Below are positions 59,151-64,000 of a DNA stretch of 64,000 bases, piece by piece. How positions within the stretch are numbered: the stretch's first letter is position 1; each line of letters starts with the position of its first letter. The stretch comes from Folioceros fuciformis (taxonomy: Eukaryota). A model generated the notes under the pieces. That model searched no databases and was not told where the DNA came from. It saw only the letters and a list, made by a program, of their open reading frames with translations. The stretch covers positions 90,008 to 154,007 of the forward strand of contig JBNGIO010006285.1 of the NCBI GenBank assembly GCA_049999805.1, read 5' to 3'. The translations under genes and the position numbers were made by a program.

Positions 59151-62100
59151 TTAAAACTTCGCATGTGATTCGAGTTTCCGTGCCACGTTCGATATGAAAA
59201 TCTTGCGAGCCTGTGCTGCAGACTTGCAACTGTCATGATTCCGATCGGATATGCAGGGAATGTGATGAACTTGGTCAGGACAAAGACGAACAGACTATAC
59301 CTGTTTGAGGGACAGTCCAATTTTTTCGAGATCCGCAAGCTGCAAGCAAATCGGCATGGGGCAAAAGATTCAGGGAACTAACTCTCTTGGATAAAATGTC
59401 GAGGTCGATGAAGCCAAAAAGTGCACTTTGCTTACCTCATGTATGGGTTCCGGTTGTTCTGCACGGAGTTCTAGGAGACGATCTGCCCGTTTCTCCCCAA
59501 TGCCCTGGAAGAACACAGATTTTACCTGCTCAACTTGTCTTGGCTGTTTCAAGAAGGAACCATCACATTCTCAAGTCCGTTTGCGGCTTTTACCTTCAAC
59601 GCCATCAACTCATTCCTGTAGACACAGGCAGAGCAGAAATGAGCAGCCGACAGGAAAACTGCTGAGATAAGTCTATCACGTGGACATCTGGAAAAGGAAA
59701 GTCAAGGAAACTTGCCTCGTAGCAGTGTTGAGCACATGAAGATACTTCTCCAGCAGTGTCCTCTACGATTCCACGTTTCAATCAAGGAGGATAGAGAACA
59801 CGTGAGCACAAGAAGCACTAGAGAAAGGATAACATTGATTCGCTGCCTACCTCACAGCCACGGCTGCTCATGTCCCACTCTTCAAGTGGTGTACCAGCAA
59901 ACAATGGATTCTGTTTGATCGTGGGTGTGCTTGCTGGGTCTGAGCTGCACTCCACAGAGGTTCCCAAGGAGGGGGGACCCACACTGATGGTGGAGACAGC
60001 CTTTTCGAGCTTCAGAGGAGCCAAATGTCTGGGGGACAGATTCATTAGCTGATTCTTGATCTCACGCACCCTTTCGCTGAGAGGTGGAGAGGTTTGAGTC
60101 CTTGGCGGTCTATTGGGCGTCGTCCACGCTGGCAGTTCCTGAACAATGTTCTCCTTTTCAGCTTCTTGCTCTGCGCAACAGATTTCCTGTGAGACGTGCA
60201 CGAATGGTACATGGATTATCAACATCGTACTCCACCACGATCCTGCAGAGGAGGATCCCGGGACAGTGTAGACGTACCATTGAACGGCAGCTTGGGTGGC
60301 AGCTCAATTGCCCCTTGACTAGAATCTTGCTCGGACTCTTGATCCCTTTCATCGTGGAAGGCGGCAATCTCATTCCCTGACTTGGTGCATAGTTGATCGG
60401 CAGGCGGGTCAGCAGCAGGTTGTGCTGCCTCATCTTTCCTCTCCTCTGGTGTACCCTAAACGAACACCAAAGCATTGTCAGAAAGAAAACTGCTTTACCT
60501 TCTATTTCCTGACATGCTTGACTGAAACTTACTTGTATTGGATCACGCTGTCCTGGAAAGAATAAGGATCTGCACACAACACATTGTCAATTGTAACTTC
60601 GCTCATAGGTGTGACAAGAACATGAAAGTTGCCCAAAGTGGCGGCCAGCCGCACAGATGTAATCCGGGAACCTCAGGGGGTGAGATTGACAACTCTCACC
60701 TTTTCTTTGGAGTAGCAATTGTGCGAACAGGGCGACCTCTATCAGGAGAGGGGCAATGACCTTTTGGCTGCACAGGGCTAGATACTGGTATGCACTTGAC
60801 CGGGGTCTTCCCCTTAGCTTCTCTCCAAGCTAACAGCTTTGCTTCCATGTTCACCTTTCTTCCTGCCTCCAGGACCTCATTCTCTGCGTCAAGAATATTG
60901 TGGTTGACAATTTGCCTTGACCTGGCGGCAAGGCTCAAAGTCTGAGATGCTTCCTGGTATGAACCTGGGTTCTGCAGTGAAGATAGCCATCCTGTCACAA
61001 ATAAGAAGGGAAAAGGTCCAGAATCACGCCCAAGCAGCAGATGTTGTCAATACCAGGCATGCGATCATGATAGCTCGACTTGTACCCCCCAAAGAGTCTT
61101 GCAATATGCGAGTCAGCTTGCTATCCCTGTACGGAACTCGGGCCTCATTCGCATTGAGTGCATTGATCACATTGGATAGAGCAAACAAGGAAGCATTGAT
61201 CTTGCTGCTTTCAAGAAGGCGGAGACCTTCATTTCCTGACCTACGATTGTCTTCATTTCCTGCAAACATCATCTGAAATAATTACAGCCCGCTAACCACG
61301 CATTCTTCCAGCCAAGTTGATAGGCCGACACTACAGATCCTCACCTGCCAGATCAATCATATTAAGCTTGCCAACTGTCTGCGAACCATCAGTCCCACTG
61401 GAAACAGTAACCATCAAAATTCCATGGCTTCGGCTTGAAGCATCATTGAGTCCTGTTTGTCCAACTTTTCGCCTTGCACAACCATCTGCAAATGTAGCCT
61501 GGAACTCCTCCACTGTCTTCACTTCAACCTGCTCAGCATGAAATAGATGCTTTCAAAACGGAATTCAAAAGCCACCAACGATGCAGTGCTTCAGACTGTC
61601 TTCGGGCTGACACCTGCCTGAGCAAGACCACGCAACTGAATGCGGCCGCTTGGATCTTCCAAGACAGATACTTCTGTCTTCGGTTGCAATAAATCATAAC
61701 ACCGGTCCATGTACACCTCATAGTATGCAATCTTGACGCTGCACTCCACTCTTCCAGCTGCCTCCAGGATTTGAGCCACAGCCAACTGCATGAGCCCTGG
61801 TCGGGCTGGAGTTCCCTGAACCCACTCCGAGGCAAAGACAGTTTCTGAGAGACCTACCAATAGCAACAACCACTCAAAGAACCAGGAAGAAGGAAGAGAG
61901 CTCAATTCACCTGGATGGTGTACGTCTTGCCACTGCCTGTGGCACCATAGGCAAACACCGTTGAATTGCACCCACGAAACAGAATTGGTAGCATGGGCTC
62001 TAACTCGGTCCGGAAAATCTCATCGGTCCTTGACTGGTCACCGTAGCACTTGTCCAGTTTGTAGGTTTCACCGCGGCTGCACGCACCCATCCCCCGTCGT

Positions 62101-62392
62101 CAGCTGGCAAGCAAGCCATGAAATCTTCAGCCTTCCCTTCTTCCACATGTCCACTTCACCTGGTTTTGGAGTCCGCAATCTGTAGAGCCACCTCGCCATC
62201 ATCGGCACTTCTCACCACTGTAACACACGATTGAAGAGCCCCTTGCGCCCCTTCGATCTCCGATGCCAAGAAAGGCCGCACTCTGGCCACAACCCGCACC
62301 TTGGAGCCCTGTCCTGTTCTTGTGGGAGTGGGTGGTGCAAATCTGGAGCGGCCTGGAGTGTGCCTGGGCGACATGAGCCTCGGGGACATCAT
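59151..62392 (-). CDS. Kinesin-10 family (KIF22/KID-like) with a C-terminal helix-hairpin-helix
   Basis: [55 protein letters not shown]-terminal LKGIGEKRA HhH. Confidence 0.93.
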
Positions 62393-62733
62393 CCTTCTCG
62401 TCTTCAATTCTTGATCCAAATGCGGGCAAGGAAGAGAAATTCCCCTCGCACACACCCAGACTGCCCAGAAATTGGAAGAAATTGCACGATGGCAATGCAC
62501 CACACAAGTTGCCTCCGATTGCTCCTCCAGTGGACTGGAATGCTGAACTGGGGACTGGCGAGAGCGAACAAGTTCAAACACAGCCGAATGTGGCCGTTGG
62601 AACGTAGACCCGCTCCCTTGTTAACGTAACTGTGTATATCTCGCAGCATAACTGGGACTGCTTCCAGTTACAGCGTATTTGTTACGACTCCAAATTGCAG
62701 GCAACCGGCAACGGGGAAGGGGGGTGGCGACCT

Positions 62734-62973
62734 ATGGCGGATCCTGGAGCAGCCAGTCGCACCGCAGAATTCTTCAAGGCGATTAATCAGTATCGTCATC
62801 ATCCGCTGCTGAGCAACAACCTGAAACATGCGACTCCGGGGCACGGAACCGCGGTCGGCGCCTTTGCTGCCTACCGTTTCCTGGACGGGATGGCGTCCAA
62901 GCTGAGCAAAACGGCCGCGATTCAGATCAGTGACCTCCGCGCTGTGGCTTGTGGACCTCACCTTCCTTGTTGA
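62734..62973 (+). CDS. Divergent complex I B12 (NDUFB3)-like ORF, possibly degenerate or fused to the next gene
   Basis: TAEFFK...YRHHPLLSNNLKHATPGxGxAVGAF matches the plant B12 pattern EFF...WRKHPML.N...HA.PG.G..V.AF, but His and Arg lie in the TM segment. Confidence 0.6.
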   Translation: MADPGAASRTAEFFKAINQYRHHPLLSNNLKHATPGHGTAVGAFAAYRFLDGMASKLSKTAAIQISDLRAVACGPHLPC

Positions 62974-62994
62974 CTCATCTCAGATCAGGCTGGC

Positions 62995-64000
62995 ATGGCG
63001 GATTCCGAGGGTTTGGCAGACAATAGTGTGTGGAAGTCCACCGCATTGCTGGTGGTGGACATGCAGGTGGAATCTCTGTTGCACATATCGCAACCGTGAG
63101 CTCCAGCTCCTGCTTCGTTGTGGATATGGCTCTGAGCTTCTGATGCGGCGGGTTTGCAGGTTGACTTCATCTATCCTGGTCCTATTTGTGTGAATGGAGG
63201 TCTGGACATTGTGCCTGCGGTGGCGAAGGCAGTTTCGAAAGCACGTCAGCGGGGTGCCGTGGTTGTCTGGGTGAGCAGATTTGTCCCTTCTGTACGTGGT
63301 TTTGCAGAGTTGTTCTTACCCTGGTTGGATGACGAATGAAATTCGCCACTTCTTCGTGTGCAGGTCAAGCGAGAGCACGACCTTAGTGGCAGGGATGTTG
63401 AGGTCTTTCGCGTGTGCTTGTACGGTGGCGAGACACCAGGGCCTGTGGTGAAGGGAACAATGGGTGCCGCTTTTGTGGAGGGCCTGGATCCTCTGCCGCA
63501 GGAGCCAGTCGTCGTCAAGTATAGGTTTAGTGCGTTTTTTGAGACCAATTTGGACCGCGTTCTCCGCCGTCTTGGAGTGAAGAGGATTGTTGTTGCAGGT
63601 GTGTATTTTGGCAGGCACTTGTCACCAGTACGAATTTCCCTCGTGGTTTATAGGACACTGTTTCCAGTGCCTGTGCTTGACCTTGCTAGCTGTGATGACT
63701 TTACTCTTGGTGGACTGTGTAGGAGTTCAAACTCCGAACTGCATCCGTGCCACAGCATTTGATGCTGTTGCTCTGGACTATGAGTACGTCTCTGTTCTGG
63801 CAGATGCTACTGCTGCGAGTAGCCCGGAAATTCATGCCGGTAACAACCGTTCAGATACCTTGCATCTCTCTGTGTTCCGACTCCCCTTGCCTCACATAGC
63901 ATTGTGTCGCATAGTGATTCATCTCATGGGTCTCTGAGTAATTCCACCCTTCCGCTTGCGCAGCCAATCTTCTGGACATGCGCAACATTGGTATCAAGAC
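62995..64000 (+). CDS. Isochorismatase/nicotinamidase-family cysteine hydrolase, running off the window end
   Basis: TALLVVDMQVDF, VVKYRFSAFF, VAGVQTPNCIRATAFDA; Asp-Lys-Cys triad present. Confidence 0.92.

Overview
Gene-dense eukaryotic nuclear DNA from a non-seed land plant. A hornwort (Anthoceros-like) is my inference from the short ~70-110 nt GT-AG introns, 0.1-0.5 kb intergenic spacers, TTTAGGG motifs and a PLS-class PPR gene with a WW-type PG box. The first ~6.3 kb holds decayed LTR retrotransposon pieces: a Ty1/copia pol and a Ty3/gypsy integrase fused to a PHD finger. About 19 protein-coding genes follow: TBC1D15-type RabGAP, plastid TPR protein, PPR editing-type factor, DUF716/TMEM45, an orphan, ODR-4, a two-RanBP2-finger protein, a weakly supported orphan secreted/membrane protein, an HTH+RRM protein, a 68-aa conserved microprotein, a small INTS12-like protein, WDR48/LRS1, RPS2, a UBAP1-like UBA protein, TadA, an AMBRA1-like WD40 protein, an HAD phosphatase, kinesin-10 and an isochorismatase that runs off the right edge. 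An NDUFB3-like ORF lies just before the isochorismatase. A decayed PIF/Harbinger element at ~54-57 kb carries an internal ~179-bp tandem array. Best leads: (1) a PHD-less mini-INTS12 candidate only 105 nt downstream of a microprotein ORF; (2) a PPR protein whose DYW deaminase core is replaced by 57-bp repeats; (3) an NDUFB3-like ORF abutting, and possibly spliced to, the isochorismatase; (4) the PHD-bearing retroelement integrase; (5) telomeric repeats at retroelement breakpoints. Gene models were spliced by eye and family calls come from remembered motifs; no database search was run. There are four N gaps.
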